The position numbers were made by a program, and so were the translations under genes. Positions 19,997-29,497 of a stretch of 64,000 bases of DNA are shown here, piece by piece. This stretch comes from an uncultured bacterium (GTDB lineage: Bacteria; Chloroflexota; Anaerolineae; J036; Brachytrichaceae). Position 1 is the stretch's first letter. Every line of letters begins with the position of its first letter. The notes beneath the pieces were generated by a model. It was given only the letters and a program-made list of their open reading frames with translations. It was not told the origin of the DNA and made no database searches. Where the stretch lies: the NCBI GenBank assembly GCA_903921365.1, contig CAIXPS010000315.1:19629-83628 (forward strand). Direction: 5' to 3'.

Positions 19997-21322
19997 ATGC
20001 CCACACGACGACTGTTGTTGTTGATACTCATCGCGGCGCCTCTGCTTGGCCTGGCAGAGTTGGCTCCGGTGTTTGGCGCCGTCGCTTTGTTGTATGCCGC
20101 GATCGTCTGCGCGGCTGCGCTGTTGGACTTGCGATTAATGGATCGGCATGGCGCCTTCGATCTGCAACGTAGGCATGATCAACGCTTGTCGCTTGGGGCC
20201 GATAACCCCATCACGATCGTGGTGACGCATCGCGGTCAACATGATACGCTGATCGAGTTGCGCGACGAACCTCCGGACGCCTGGTTGACGAAGCCGGATG
20301 GGTCGGCAACTCCGCCAGTGTTTACATTCCCGTTGGCCGTCCGGGCAACGCGCGAGTTGAACTACACTGTCCGCCCGTTGCGCCGAGGGGACTACCGCTT
20401 CGAGCGCATCACCTTGCGCTGGACGGGGCCGCTGGCGTTAATGCGGCGGCAGCACACTTACGACATGGCACAACCGGTGCAGGTCTACCCGAATGTACTG
20501 GAAGTGCGCAAATATGATCTGTTGTTGCGCCGGAATCGACTTCAGGATATCGGCTTGCGCATCCAGCGGCGCTATGGCGAGGGACGTGAGTTCGAGCGCC
20601 TGCGCGAGTACCAGCCCGACGACGACTTTCGCCATATTTCGTGGAAGGCCACGGCGCGGCGTCATAAGCCTATCACGATGGAGTTCGAATCCGAACGCAG
20701 CCAGACGATCTTCGTGGCGTTTGATGTGGGTCGGATGATGAACGCGCCGGTCGGCGAGATGACCCGCCTGGACTATGTGATCAACTCGGTGCTGCTGTTC
20801 AGCTACGTGGTGCTTGGAAAAGGCGACAAAGTCGGCATGATGACGTTTGCGGACACAGTGACGCACTACATCGAGCCCAAACCAGGGCGGGCGCAGTTCT
20901 ACCGCATGCTGGATCTGCTATATCGCGTTGAAACACAACCCATCGAACCCGACTTCAGACAGGCGCTCAATTATCTTAAGCTCAAACAACGCCGTCGCGC
21001 GCTCGTCGTGGTATTCACGGATTTGGCAGGCGGTATGTCCATGCAGCAACTGGCTTCGGGTGTGATCGGCTTGCGTCCGCCGCATCTACCTTTGATCGTC
21101 ACGATCAGCGATCCCGTTCTAAAGGATCTCGCGACGACGGCGCCGGTCAGTGAAGCGAGCGTCTACGAACGTTCTGTTGCACAGCGCGTGCTCGATAACC
21201 GGCGCGCTGTGTTACACCGGATGGAGATGCAGGGGGCAATGACGCTGGATGTGCCGGCCTCGCAACTGTCGGCATCGGTGATCAACAAATACCTGGATAT
21301 CAAGGAGAAGGGGATTCTTTAG
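19997..21322 (+). CDS. DUF58 domain protein (membrane-anchored)
   Basis: EFERLREYQPDDDFRHISWKATAR. Confidence 0.92.
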   Translation: MPTRRLLLLILIAAPLLGLAELAPVFGAVALLYAAIVCAAALLDLRLMDRHGAFDLQRRHDQRLSLGADNPITIVVTHRGQHDTLIELRDEPPDAWLTKPDGSATPPVFTFPLAVRATRELNYTVRPLRRGDYRFERITLRWTGPLALMRRQHTYDMAQPVQVYPNVLEVRKYDLLLRRNRLQDIGLRIQRRYGEGREFERLREYQPDDDFRHISWKATARRHKPITMEFESERSQTIFVAFDVGRMMNAPVGEMTRLDYVINSVLLFSYVVLGKGDKVGMMTFADTVTHYIEPKPGRAQFYRMLDLLYRVETQPIEPDFRQALNYLKLKQRRRALVVVFTDLAGGMSMQQLASGVIGLRPPHLPLIVTISDPVLKDLATTAPVSEASVYERSVAQRVLDNRRAVLHRMEMQGAMTLDVPASQLSASVINKYLDIKEKGIL

Positions 21323-22274
21323 GTTTTCTTCCGCCGAGAAGCAACAGGGTGACCATCAACGCGCCTGAGACGGCTGCGGCGATGCCGCTGTACAACGGAT
21401 TGAACTGCGGCGAGATAAAGCCTTCAATCATACCGGCGATGACGAGGAGCGGGATTGAACCGCCTGCCAGCACAATGGCCTCGCGCGTTGCCAGGATCAG
21501 CGCATCCTTGCGTGATTGTGCGCCTGGGCGCACGATTGCCCAGCCCATGCGCAATCCTGCGCCACCTGCCATAAAGATGACGGAAAGCTCAATCACCCCG
21601 TGGCCGATGATAAAGTTGACCAAACGCCACCCCAGACCATAGTGAAAGCACAGCCCCATCAGGCCGCCGACTGAAAGCCCGTTGGTCAGAAGAATGTAAA
21701 GAGTGACCAGTCCAGCGCTTGCGCCGCCTGCAAACGCCATCAGGCTGACCTGGATATTATTGGTCATGATGAATGCTGAAGCGTAGGGCCGTTTGTCCTC
21801 GGGCAGGTCGATCCACAGCTTACCGCTTCTGACCAACGGAATCAATTGCTTCTCGCTGTCGCTGAAAGTCCACTCAGCGACATCCGGTTGCAGATACACA
21901 AGAATGCCATTTGCAACTGCCGGCACTGCCACCGTCAGGAATGCGCACACGATAAAAGGAAAAAGTCGGCGAAAGGCGCGCGGGAACTGTGAGAACAAGA
22001 AGTCGATCAGGTTTAGCCCCTGAGAGGGGCGTCCGCGATACACCGCCGCGTGGGCGCGGGCGACCAGTTGGTTAAGGTGCGTGGCGACCCGCTGCCCTTT
22101 GTAGTCTCGCTGCGCCAGCGCGAAATCACTGGTCACGTTGCGGTATAACTCGCCGAGTTCTTCCAGTTCGTCTGGTTTCATGCGGCGTATGCCGTTGCCC
22201 GCGGCTTTCCCGACGAGTTGAGCAAGCCTTTCCCACTTATCCTTGTTCTGGGTTACGAACTGGTCGACATGCAT
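21300..22274 (-). CDS. Stage II sporulation protein M-like membrane protein
   Basis: ELGELYR..SDFALA, IMTNNIQV, HGVIEL and AGMIEGFISP. Confidence 0.9.
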   Translation of the reverse strand: MHVDQFVTQNKDKWERLAQLVGKAAGNGIRRMKPDELEELGELYRNVTSDFALAQRDYKGQRVATHLNQLVARAHAAVYRGRPSQGLNLIDFLFSQFPRAFRRLFPFIVCAFLTVAVPAVANGILVYLQPDVAEWTFSDSEKQLIPLVRSGKLWIDLPEDKRPYASAFIMTNNIQVSLMAFAGGASAGLVTLYILLTNGLSVGGLMGLCFHYGLGWRLVNFIIGHGVIELSVIFMAGGAGLRMGWAIVRPGAQSRKDALILATREAIVLAGGSIPLLVIAGMIEGFISPQFNPLYSGIAAAVSGALMVTLLLLGGRKPKESPSP

Positions 22275-22283
22275 GGTTTACGT

Positions 22284-23396
22284 TTAGCTCGCGCGCCCCA
22301 GCAGGCTGCGCCCCAACTCCTGCAAAGCATCCGCAGCAGGACCGCTGATTTGCGCTGCTGCGAGCGCCCCGACAGACTTGTTGTAGGCATCGAGCGCAGC
22401 CTGCTCTGTGTAAGCGCGCCCACCGCAATTCTCAATTAATGTGCGCAGTAGCTTGATCTTGCCACTGTCCATTGTGTCCGTTGCGTCTATGGGCGACTCG
22501 CCGCCGTCACGCGCTGGCTGGCCAAAATAGAGGGCGCGAATAGCAGCGTCATGTTCCGCGGCAAATAACACCGGGAGTGTCTTTTTGCGATGGCTGAGAT
22601 CGCTATCCTGCTTGCCCGTTTTCTCCGGGTCGCCCCAGATGCCCAGCACGTCGTCCTGCAACTGGAAGGCGATTCCCAGCCATGCGCCAAATTCTGCCAA
22701 TGCGGTCACGCGCCATGCGGGCGCGTCAGCGAGGATTGCGCCAATGGCGCAGGCAGCCTGAGTGAGAGCGCCCGTTTTACCCTTGATCATTGTCATGTAT
22801 TCATCTGATGACACATCCGCGCGGTTTTCAAAACTCAGGTCCAGGTGCTGCCCGATTGTAAGTGCGACGCATGCATCGTCAAAAACGCGCATGGCGCGTA
22901 TCACCCGTTCCGCGCTGATTCCGCGATCGATGGTTGATTCCAGGGCAATATGCGCCAGCGTGAACATCGCATCACCGCTGTTGATTGCCTGTGGCTCGCC
23001 CCACACTTTCCACAATGTCGGCCGACCCCGGCGCAACTCATCGCAATCTTCGATGTCATCGTGAATCAGAGAGAAGTTATGCAACATCTCAACTGCGGCC
23101 GCGCCTGGGAGCGCCGCTTCCATCGTCCCGCCGCAGGCCTCGCAACACAGCAGTGTGAGTAGAGGGCGGATACGTTTACCGCCATATACGCGCGTCGTAG
23201 AACCATCGGCATCCACGAAGCCGAGGTGGTAGTTCAACATCGTGTTGAAAATCGCGGGTTGGCTGATATCCAGTCCCGCGGTGCTGCTTACCGCCGCGTG
23301 GGGAGTGACGTGGGGAGTGACAATGCGGTGCATTTCCTCTTCGATGCGTGGGAGCAGGTCTGTAAAGTATGTGTTGAGTGTGTTCTCTGGATCCAT
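22284..23396 (-). CDS. Polyprenyl (GGPP-type) diphosphate synthase
   Basis: GGKRIRP, HNFSLIHDDIED..RRGRP and FQLQDDVLG. Confidence 0.94.
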   Translation of the reverse strand: MDPENTLNTYFTDLLPRIEEEMHRIVTPHVTPHAAVSSTAGLDISQPAIFNTMLNYHLGFVDADGSTTRVYGGKRIRPLLTLLCCEACGGTMEAALPGAAAVEMLHNFSLIHDDIEDCDELRRGRPTLWKVWGEPQAINSGDAMFTLAHIALESTIDRGISAERVIRAMRVFDDACVALTIGQHLDLSFENRADVSSDEYMTMIKGKTGALTQAACAIGAILADAPAWRVTALAEFGAWLGIAFQLQDDVLGIWGDPEKTGKQDSDLSHRKKTLPVLFAAEHDAAIRALYFGQPARDGGESPIDATDTMDSGKIKLLRTLIENCGGRAYTEQAALDAYNKSVGALAAAQISGPAADALQELGRSLLGRAS

Positions 23397-23400
23397 GTTT

Positions 23401-24156
23401 CTATGCTGTTTTAGTCCTAAGACTTTGACGTGTAATACCTAATGCCGTTATAAGCCAGATGATCGCAACGATGTAACCGGCGAGGACATCACTAGGCCAG
23501 TGTACACCGAGATAAAGCCGGCCGAAACCCACACCGGCGATGATGATGATTGCAAACAACAACGCAGCGATGCACAGGCGCGACTGGCGCCGCGCGATGA
23601 TTGCAATCGCCCCATAGGCAACGAAGACGGTCACCGCGTGACCACTGGGGTAGGCGAAACGCTGGAAGCCGGCCTGCAATTCGGGCAGCAGGGTCTGGAT
23701 GGAATCCACGCGAGGGGGCAACCGCTCAATCAGCAAGCGCATCGTGATGTTGGTCACCATTGCGCCGCCGTATGCGATGAGCGGCCAGGCCGCCCGCCAC
23801 ATCGACCCTATGGTGGAACTGATACCTCTGGGCACCCCGGAACGCGGCGAGGAACGCGGCGAGGAACGCGGCGAGGAACGCGGCGCTCTGGATGTTCTGC
23901 GCCATTCAAGGAGCGTCAAACCGGCGCACAACACGATTGTCGGGATGGCTGAGCCCATGAATGTGAGTATTGAAATGATCTGGGTCAAAGCGGGATTGCG
24001 AATACTCATCGCTGCCAGCAATACTCTCATATCACCGGGAAGACTCCCGCCCAGCACAATTGGGACGCTGATGATGACAAGCGCGCCCAGGCTGATCAGA
24101 AACATGGGCACGAATGGGTTGTCGCTGGATGTCATTGCGACGCGAATCGATCTCAT
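23401..24156 (-). CDS. PAP2-family phosphatase
   Basis: YPSGH and GRLYLGVHWPSDV motifs. Confidence 0.88.
   Translation of the reverse strand: MRSIRVAMTSSDNPFVPMFLISLGALVIISVPIVLGGSLPGDMRVLLAAMSIRNPALTQIISILTFMGSAIPTIVLCAGLTLLEWRRTSRAPRSSPRSSPRSSPRSGVPRGISSTIGSMWRAAWPLIAYGGAMVTNITMRLLIERLPPRVDSIQTLLPELQAGFQRFAYPSGHAVTVFVAYGAIAIIARRQSRLCIAALLFAIIIIAGVGFGRLYLGVHWPSDVLAGYIVAIIWLITALGITRQSLRTKTA
23839..23885. repeat. 12-bp tandem repeat x~4 inside the PAP2 gene
   Basis: GGAACGCGGCGA repeated; encodes PRSS units. Confidence 0.92.
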
Positions 24157-24229
24157 ATGGCGTTATGCTACACTGACATTTCAAATATGATTTTCACTGC
24201 TACTCTGGCTACAAGGTGATTATTATTGC

Positions 24230-25075
24230 ATGGTTACAACCTTTGAACTCACAGATACTGGTGTAAGCGCACTGGGCAGTGCGGATAATATGAACACAGC
24301 ATCCGCAGGCCTGCCTGTTGGCTCATATACCACTTTCCGCACATACTCAGGCGAATGTGTTCTGCGCCATGAAAATCACGTGACCCGGCTGGTCGCGTCT
24401 GCCGCGTTGCTGGGTATGAGCGGGGCGCTCGACCCCGACACGGTGCGCGTTGCGATCGGGAGTATTCTGCGCGCAACGGGTTATGCGGAGTCGCGTTTCC
24501 GGCTGACGTTTTCGCCGCCGCGCCTATTTATCTCGGTCGAGCCATTCACCCCATACCCGTCGTCCTGCTACGAGACTGGCGTAAAGTGCATCACCGTGGC
24601 TCAGCATCGCGATAACCCGCATGCGAAGAGCACTGCGTTCATCGCTTCGGCCAGCGATGCCTACAAGGTTCTCCCACGTGGGATTCACGAAGGGCTTATG
24701 CTCTCTGCTGAGGACGATGTCCTGGAAGGACTGAGCAGCAACTTCTTTGCGTTGCGTGATGGCGTCTTGCACACGGAACAGGCGCGCGCGCTTGTTGGTG
24801 TGACGCAGTCGCTGGCGATTGAAGTCGCCTGTATGGTCGCCCCCAATATGCCGCAGTCGGCACAGGCGATCAAACTTGCTGATTTACCGCGGGTTGCCGA
24901 GTGCTTCATAACCAGCGTGTCGCGTGAGATTATGCCGGTGGTCCAGATCGATGGCGCTGTCATAGGCGCAGGGGCTCCTGGCCCATTCACCCGCTCGCTG
25001 ATCGACGGCCTGGCTGCGTTAATCGCGCGTGAAGCGCGCTCTGTGTTTGCCCGTCCCACTGTTTTCAGGGTTTAG
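24230..25075 (+). CDS. Aminotransferase class IV (IlvE/PabC/D-amino-acid aminotransferase-like)
   Basis: YTTFRTY, HVTRL, HAKS PLP-lysine, EGLSSNFF and ITSVSREIMPV. Confidence 0.87.
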   Translation: MVTTFELTDTGVSALGSADNMNTASAGLPVGSYTTFRTYSGECVLRHENHVTRLVASAALLGMSGALDPDTVRVAIGSILRATGYAESRFRLTFSPPRLFISVEPFTPYPSSCYETGVKCITVAQHRDNPHAKSTAFIASASDAYKVLPRGIHEGLMLSAEDDVLEGLSSNFFALRDGVLHTEQARALVGVTQSLAIEVACMVAPNMPQSAQAIKLADLPRVAECFITSVSREIMPVVQIDGAVIGAGAPGPFTRSLIDGLAALIAREARSVFARPTVFRV

Positions 25076-26174
25076 ACCCGGCAGCTGTGTTTGGCGTCGC
25101 CGAAAAGAACGAGTCGCGGAGTTGCGCGATCTTCGAACGGATCGGCACCTGCACCCATTGGGGTGGGTCCGTCATTGTTGAGGCGAATTCAGTATAGTTT
25201 TGGTCGAGCACGCCCATCTTGATGTTCTTGCGATCCACCTTTTGCGCGAGAGCCGCCAATTGCTGCATCTGTTCAAAAGTGAGGTCGGTCTTAACCGATG
25301 CATTAAACTTTGCAATCAACGCGGGCGCGTTTGCAAGCACCGAAAGAAACACCTGGGGGTCTGTCAACTTGTCCTTGACGGCCAGCATGACGAGTTGCTG
25401 GTCGCGGGCGCGGTCAAAGTCCCCATTGACCAGGCTGTGCCGGGTGCGCGCGAATTTCAACGCGGTAGCGCCGTTCAAGTTGTGGATGCCTTTCGTGATC
25501 GAAAATACCTCGGTGCGATAGTCGGCGGTGGGGTACTCCGGGTCGTAAATATCGAGGGGCACGTCGACCGTGATACCGCCAATCTGATCGACGAATTCCT
25601 CGAAGGCCGAAAAGTTAACCCGCGCATAGAAGTTGATCGGGATGCCGAGGACTTGCTCAACCGTCTTGCGCGCCAGTTCTGGCCCGCCGCCAGGATAATC
25701 AAAAGCGTCTCCGAGGAAATTGGCCGTGTTGATGCGCCCATTCTCGTAACCCGGTAACGGAACCCACAGATCGCGCGGGACGGACAGTATCCCGGCTTGT
25801 AACGTCACCGGATCCAGCGTCAACACGATCATCGTGTCGGTTCTGCCCGGATCTTTCTCGCCCTCGCGCTGATCGATGCCGGTCACGAGCACATTGACCC
25901 GTTCTTTGCCGTTCCACGGTCGAGGCAGTTGAGGAGGCTGCACCTGGGGGACAACTGTGCTGGTGATTGTGGATTGCAGGGGTTCGGGGGTAATGTAGTA
26001 GTCGATGTTCATCTGCGGGGCCTGACCATAGTTGCACAGCCAGTTGGCCGCCAATTCACCGCCCGCACAGAAGTTATAGGCAGCGCGATTTACGTAGATG
26101 CTCAAACCTAAACCTGCGAGCAGGAGTAGTGTGCACACCCAGAAAATCTTTCTTCGCACAACAGTCGCAATCAC
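25065..26174 (-). CDS. LCP (LytR-CpsA-Psr) family protein
   Basis: GRTDTMI, SVPRDLWV and FARTRH..GDFDRARDQQ. Confidence 0.94.
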   Translation of the reverse strand: MIATVVRRKIFWVCTLLLLAGLGLSIYVNRAAYNFCAGGELAANWLCNYGQAPQMNIDYYITPEPLQSTITSTVVPQVQPPQLPRPWNGKERVNVLVTGIDQREGEKDPGRTDTMIVLTLDPVTLQAGILSVPRDLWVPLPGYENGRINTANFLGDAFDYPGGGPELARKTVEQVLGIPINFYARVNFSAFEEFVDQIGGITVDVPLDIYDPEYPTADYRTEVFSITKGIHNLNGATALKFARTRHSLVNGDFDRARDQQLVMLAVKDKLTDPQVFLSVLANAPALIAKFNASVKTDLTFEQMQQLAALAQKVDRKNIKMGVLDQNYTEFASTMTDPPQWVQVPIRSKIAQLRDSFFSATPNTAAGSKP

Positions 26175-26240
26175 GAGGTGAATATACCATTATTGTTGAT
26201 GCGCATTGATCGCGCCGACTTGGACTAGAATCATTGCACC

Positions 26241-27140
26241 ATGGAGGATATGATTTTCTCACCTGAAGTTAGCGAAGCCATCCGGCAACGACGCCCGGTG
26301 GTGGCGCTTGAATCTACGTTGATTACGCACGGTTTTGCCTATCCGCGCAATGTCGAGGTGGCAACACAGATGGAAGACGCAGTGCGTGAATGCGGCGCAC
26401 AACCTGCAACTGTGGCCGTGCTTGATGGCAATATCACCATCGGGCTGAATGCGGAACAAATCGAGCATCTGGCGACGACGCGCCAGGCGCGCAAGTGCAG
26501 CGTGCGCGATCTTGGGATTGTGATGGGTCTCGGCCTGGACGGCTCGACGACCGTCGCTGCGACGATGTTTATCGCGGCGCGCGCCGGCATCAGTGTGTTT
26601 GCCACTGGCGGGATTGGCGGTGTGCATCGGGGACATCCGTTCGATGTGAGCGCCGACCTGACCGAGCTTGGGCGCACGCCGGTGACCGTTGTGTGCGCCG
26701 GCGCGAAGGCATTACTCGACCTTCCCCTCACCTTTGAGCACCTCGAAACACTGGGCGTCCCCGTGCTGGGTTATCAGACCGACGACATACCCGCGTTTTA
26801 CTCGCGCAGCAGCGGCTTGCGCGCCGATGCGCGCATCAATATCCCCGGCGATCTGGCGGCAATTGTCAGGGCGCGGCGTGAACTGCATCTCCCCGGCGGT
26901 GAACTGGTGTGCGTTCCCGTGCCGCAGGAGGCTGAGTTGCCCCGCGATGTGGCCGAGGCGGCGATTCGCGGAGCACAGCGAATGGCGGATGACCTGGGGA
27001 TACACGGCGCGGCGGCCACGCCGTTCCTGCTCGATGAAATCGCTAAGCGAACCAATGGCGCCAGTGTGCGCGCTAATATCGCGCTTCTCGTCAATAATGC
27101 GCGAGTGGCCGCACAGATCGCAGCGGCATTACTCGCTTGA
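26241..27140 (+). CDS. psuG: Pseudouridine-5'-phosphate glycosidase
   Basis: VVALESTLITHG, TTVAATM, FATGGIGGVHRG and DVSADLTEL. Confidence 0.96.
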   Translation: MEDMIFSPEVSEAIRQRRPVVALESTLITHGFAYPRNVEVATQMEDAVRECGAQPATVAVLDGNITIGLNAEQIEHLATTRQARKCSVRDLGIVMGLGLDGSTTVAATMFIAARAGISVFATGGIGGVHRGHPFDVSADLTELGRTPVTVVCAGAKALLDLPLTFEHLETLGVPVLGYQTDDIPAFYSRSSGLRADARINIPGDLAAIVRARRELHLPGGELVCVPVPQEAELPRDVAEAAIRGAQRMADDLGIHGAAATPFLLDEIAKRTNGASVRANIALLVNNARVAAQIAAALLA

Positions 27141-27170
27141 ATTTACGGCACTAACAGGTCACACAACTCT

Positions 27171-28130
27171 ATGCATCAACCTTCCTCAAAAATCATTTTC
27201 GACACCGACCCTGGTGTAGACGACGCCATGGCGCTTTTGTTTGCGTTGCGCTCGCCTGAAATCGAGGTCATTGGCGTTACGACCGTCTTCGGTAATTCGA
27301 ACATTGATGTCACTACCCGCAACGCGCTTAACCTCCTGGATTTTGCTGGGAGGGCGGACATTCCAGTCGCTCGCGGGGCGGGGCGTCCTCTGGTCAATCC
27401 CCCTGGCCCGACTGCCGAGTGGGTGCATGGCGACGATGCCATGGGCAATATCGGCTGGGTAACGGTCAATAATCCGGATCAGCATCCGGTGAAGCTGCAC
27501 GCGGCAGAGTTCATCGTTGAGACGGTCATGGCGCATCCGGGCGAGATCACGTTGACCGCGGTCGGCCCGATGACCAACCTTGCGCTGGCGTTGCAACTTG
27601 AGCCACGCATCGCACAAAACGCGCGTGAAGTCGTCATCATGGGTGGAAACGTCCTGGCTTCAGGCAATGTGTCTCCCTTCGCAGAGGCAAACATCATGGG
27701 CGACCCGCATGCCGCCGCGTTGATGTTCAGCGCGGAGTGGCATATCACAATGGCCGGGCTGGATGTCACACAAAGCACCCAGATGGACGACGCATACTTC
27801 GCCGCACTCACGCAGTCTGGCGATCCTTTTGGCGGGTTCGTCAGTCGCGTCGCGGCGTTTTATCAGCAGTTTCACCGCGAATGGTATGGGTACGAGAACG
27901 GCGCAGTCGACACGCACGATCCTTCAGCGATTGCATACTTGATCGATCCCACGTTGTTTGTCGGCGAGCACTATAGTATCGTCGTGCCGGTGAGCGGCCC
28001 TGCCGAAGGGATGACCATTGCCGACCGGCGCGGCAAGTTCTACAAGACCCCCAAGGTCAACTGCCTCATGCAGGTAGACAGCCCGCGGCTTCTCGAATTG
28101 TATAAACAGCGCCTGACCAGCGAGCGATAA
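27171..28130 (+). CDS. Inosine/uridine-preferring nucleoside hydrolase
   Basis: DTDPGVDD, GPMTNLA, AEANI..DPHAA and HDP. Confidence 0.94.
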   Translation: MHQPSSKIIFDTDPGVDDAMALLFALRSPEIEVIGVTTVFGNSNIDVTTRNALNLLDFAGRADIPVARGAGRPLVNPPGPTAEWVHGDDAMGNIGWVTVNNPDQHPVKLHAAEFIVETVMAHPGEITLTAVGPMTNLALALQLEPRIAQNAREVVIMGGNVLASGNVSPFAEANIMGDPHAAALMFSAEWHITMAGLDVTQSTQMDDAYFAALTQSGDPFGGFVSRVAAFYQQFHREWYGYENGAVDTHDPSAIAYLIDPTLFVGEHYSIVVPVSGPAEGMTIADRRGKFYKTPKVNCLMQVDSPRLLELYKQRLTSER

Positions 28131-28229
28131 CGCCGTTTTCTGTAGAGGGCACGCTTCGCGCCTTGCGGTTGCCCATCCGCACACACCACAGCCTGAGTGT
28201 GTGTGGACCGGAGACCGGTCTGCGAGAGG

Positions 28230-28730
28230 TCAATCGATTGGCTCAGATACTGAACCCATGTCATCGTCCATCATGCCGCCCGGCATACCCATGCCGCCCA
28301 TTCCACCAGGCCCGCCCATCTCACCGCCTGCGCCCTCTCCGAGAATGTCACCCATGCTCTGTTCTATCTTTTCGGGGTCCTCGCCTTTTTCCAGCCGGCC
28401 AACGATTTCGTTAAACTCCGGCCCCATCTCTTCACCCGTCTCTGCGGACATTTTGCGCATAAAGCGACCGAGTGAGCGCGGGTCGTTCTCGTCCAGCCCG
28501 CCCAGTTCATTCATCATATTCGCATCGAGATCGCCGCCGCCTGGCGCGTCGCTCTCCGGAGCGCTCTTGCTGGCGCCGCGAATGACACGCACTTTTGAGA
28601 CCAGGCGGGTTAACTCGGCGCTCCCGCATTTGCTGCAACGGGCCTTGCTGTGGTCAACAGCGCTGATGCTGCGCCAGAAAACGGATGATTTGTGACGGCA
28701 CTTGGCACAACGATACTCAAATATTGGCAT
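28230..28730 (-). CDS. FmdB-family zinc-ribbon protein
   Basis: MPIFEYRCAKC...CSKCGS..LTRLVS; start reassigned. Confidence 0.9.
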   Translation of the reverse strand: MPIFEYRCAKCRHKSSVFWRSISAVDHSKARCSKCGSAELTRLVSKVRVIRGASKSAPESDAPGGGDLDANMMNELGGLDENDPRSLGRFMRKMSAETGEEMGPEFNEIVGRLEKGEDPEKIEQSMGDILGEGAGGEMGGPGGMGGMGMPGGMMDDDMGSVSEPID

Positions 28731-28843
28731 GTGGCGTATTTTAACGGATTGCGGCAAAGCGGATCAAGCTGATCTCTCGGTAATCGCGCGCGCGCCGTTT
28801 GCCGCGCATAGGCCATCAGTGGGGTAGAATCATTTATCATAAA

Positions 28844-29497
28844 ATGCAAAGCGAAAACGCGCCGCCAAATCTTGTTGCTTCAGAGCCCGGTTTATACGAT
28901 CGGGTATGGTCTCCGCTTCTGGTGGTGATCTCCGGCCCATCCGGTGTGGGTAAAGATACGCTGCTACAGCGGCTTAAGGATCATGGATATGACTTCGCGT
29001 TTGTTGTCACTATGACCACACGCCTGAGACGCGAGGCCGAGGTTGAGGGTAAGGATTACTACTTCGTCTCAATGGCGCAGTTCACTCAGATGATCGAGGC
29101 AGGTGAATTCCTGGAGTACAGCAATGTGTACGGGGATTACAAGGGCATTCCAAAAGCGCAGGTGCGCCGCGCCTGGGACAGTGGAAAAGATGTGTTGATG
29201 CGCATTGATGTGCAGGGCGCAGCCAAGGTGCGCGCTATCGTCCCGGATGCGGTCACTATTTTCCTGGCGCCAGAATCGGAGGAAGAGCTGGTGCGCCGGC
29301 TGATCGAACGCCACACAGAAACACCGCAGGCGTTGCAGCGTCGCCTGCAAACCGCACAACAGGAGATGACTTGCCTGTGTGAGTTTGATTACGTCGTTGT
29401 GAATCCGGCAAACCAGATCGATAAGGCGGTGGATCAGATAATCTCGATCATGTCTGCCGAACACTGCCGCGTCAATCGCTATCCTACCTGCATCTAA
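28844..29497 (+). CDS. gmk: Guanylate kinase
   Basis: ISGPSGVGKDT, TTR..R..EVEGKDYYFV and IDVQGA. Confidence 0.96.
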   Translation: MQSENAPPNLVASEPGLYDRVWSPLLVVISGPSGVGKDTLLQRLKDHGYDFAFVVTMTTRLRREAEVEGKDYYFVSMAQFTQMIEAGEFLEYSNVYGDYKGIPKAQVRRAWDSGKDVLMRIDVQGAAKVRAIVPDAVTIFLAPESEEELVRRLIERHTETPQALQRRLQTAQQEMTCLCEFDYVVVNPANQIDKAVDQIISIMSAEHCRVNRYPTCI

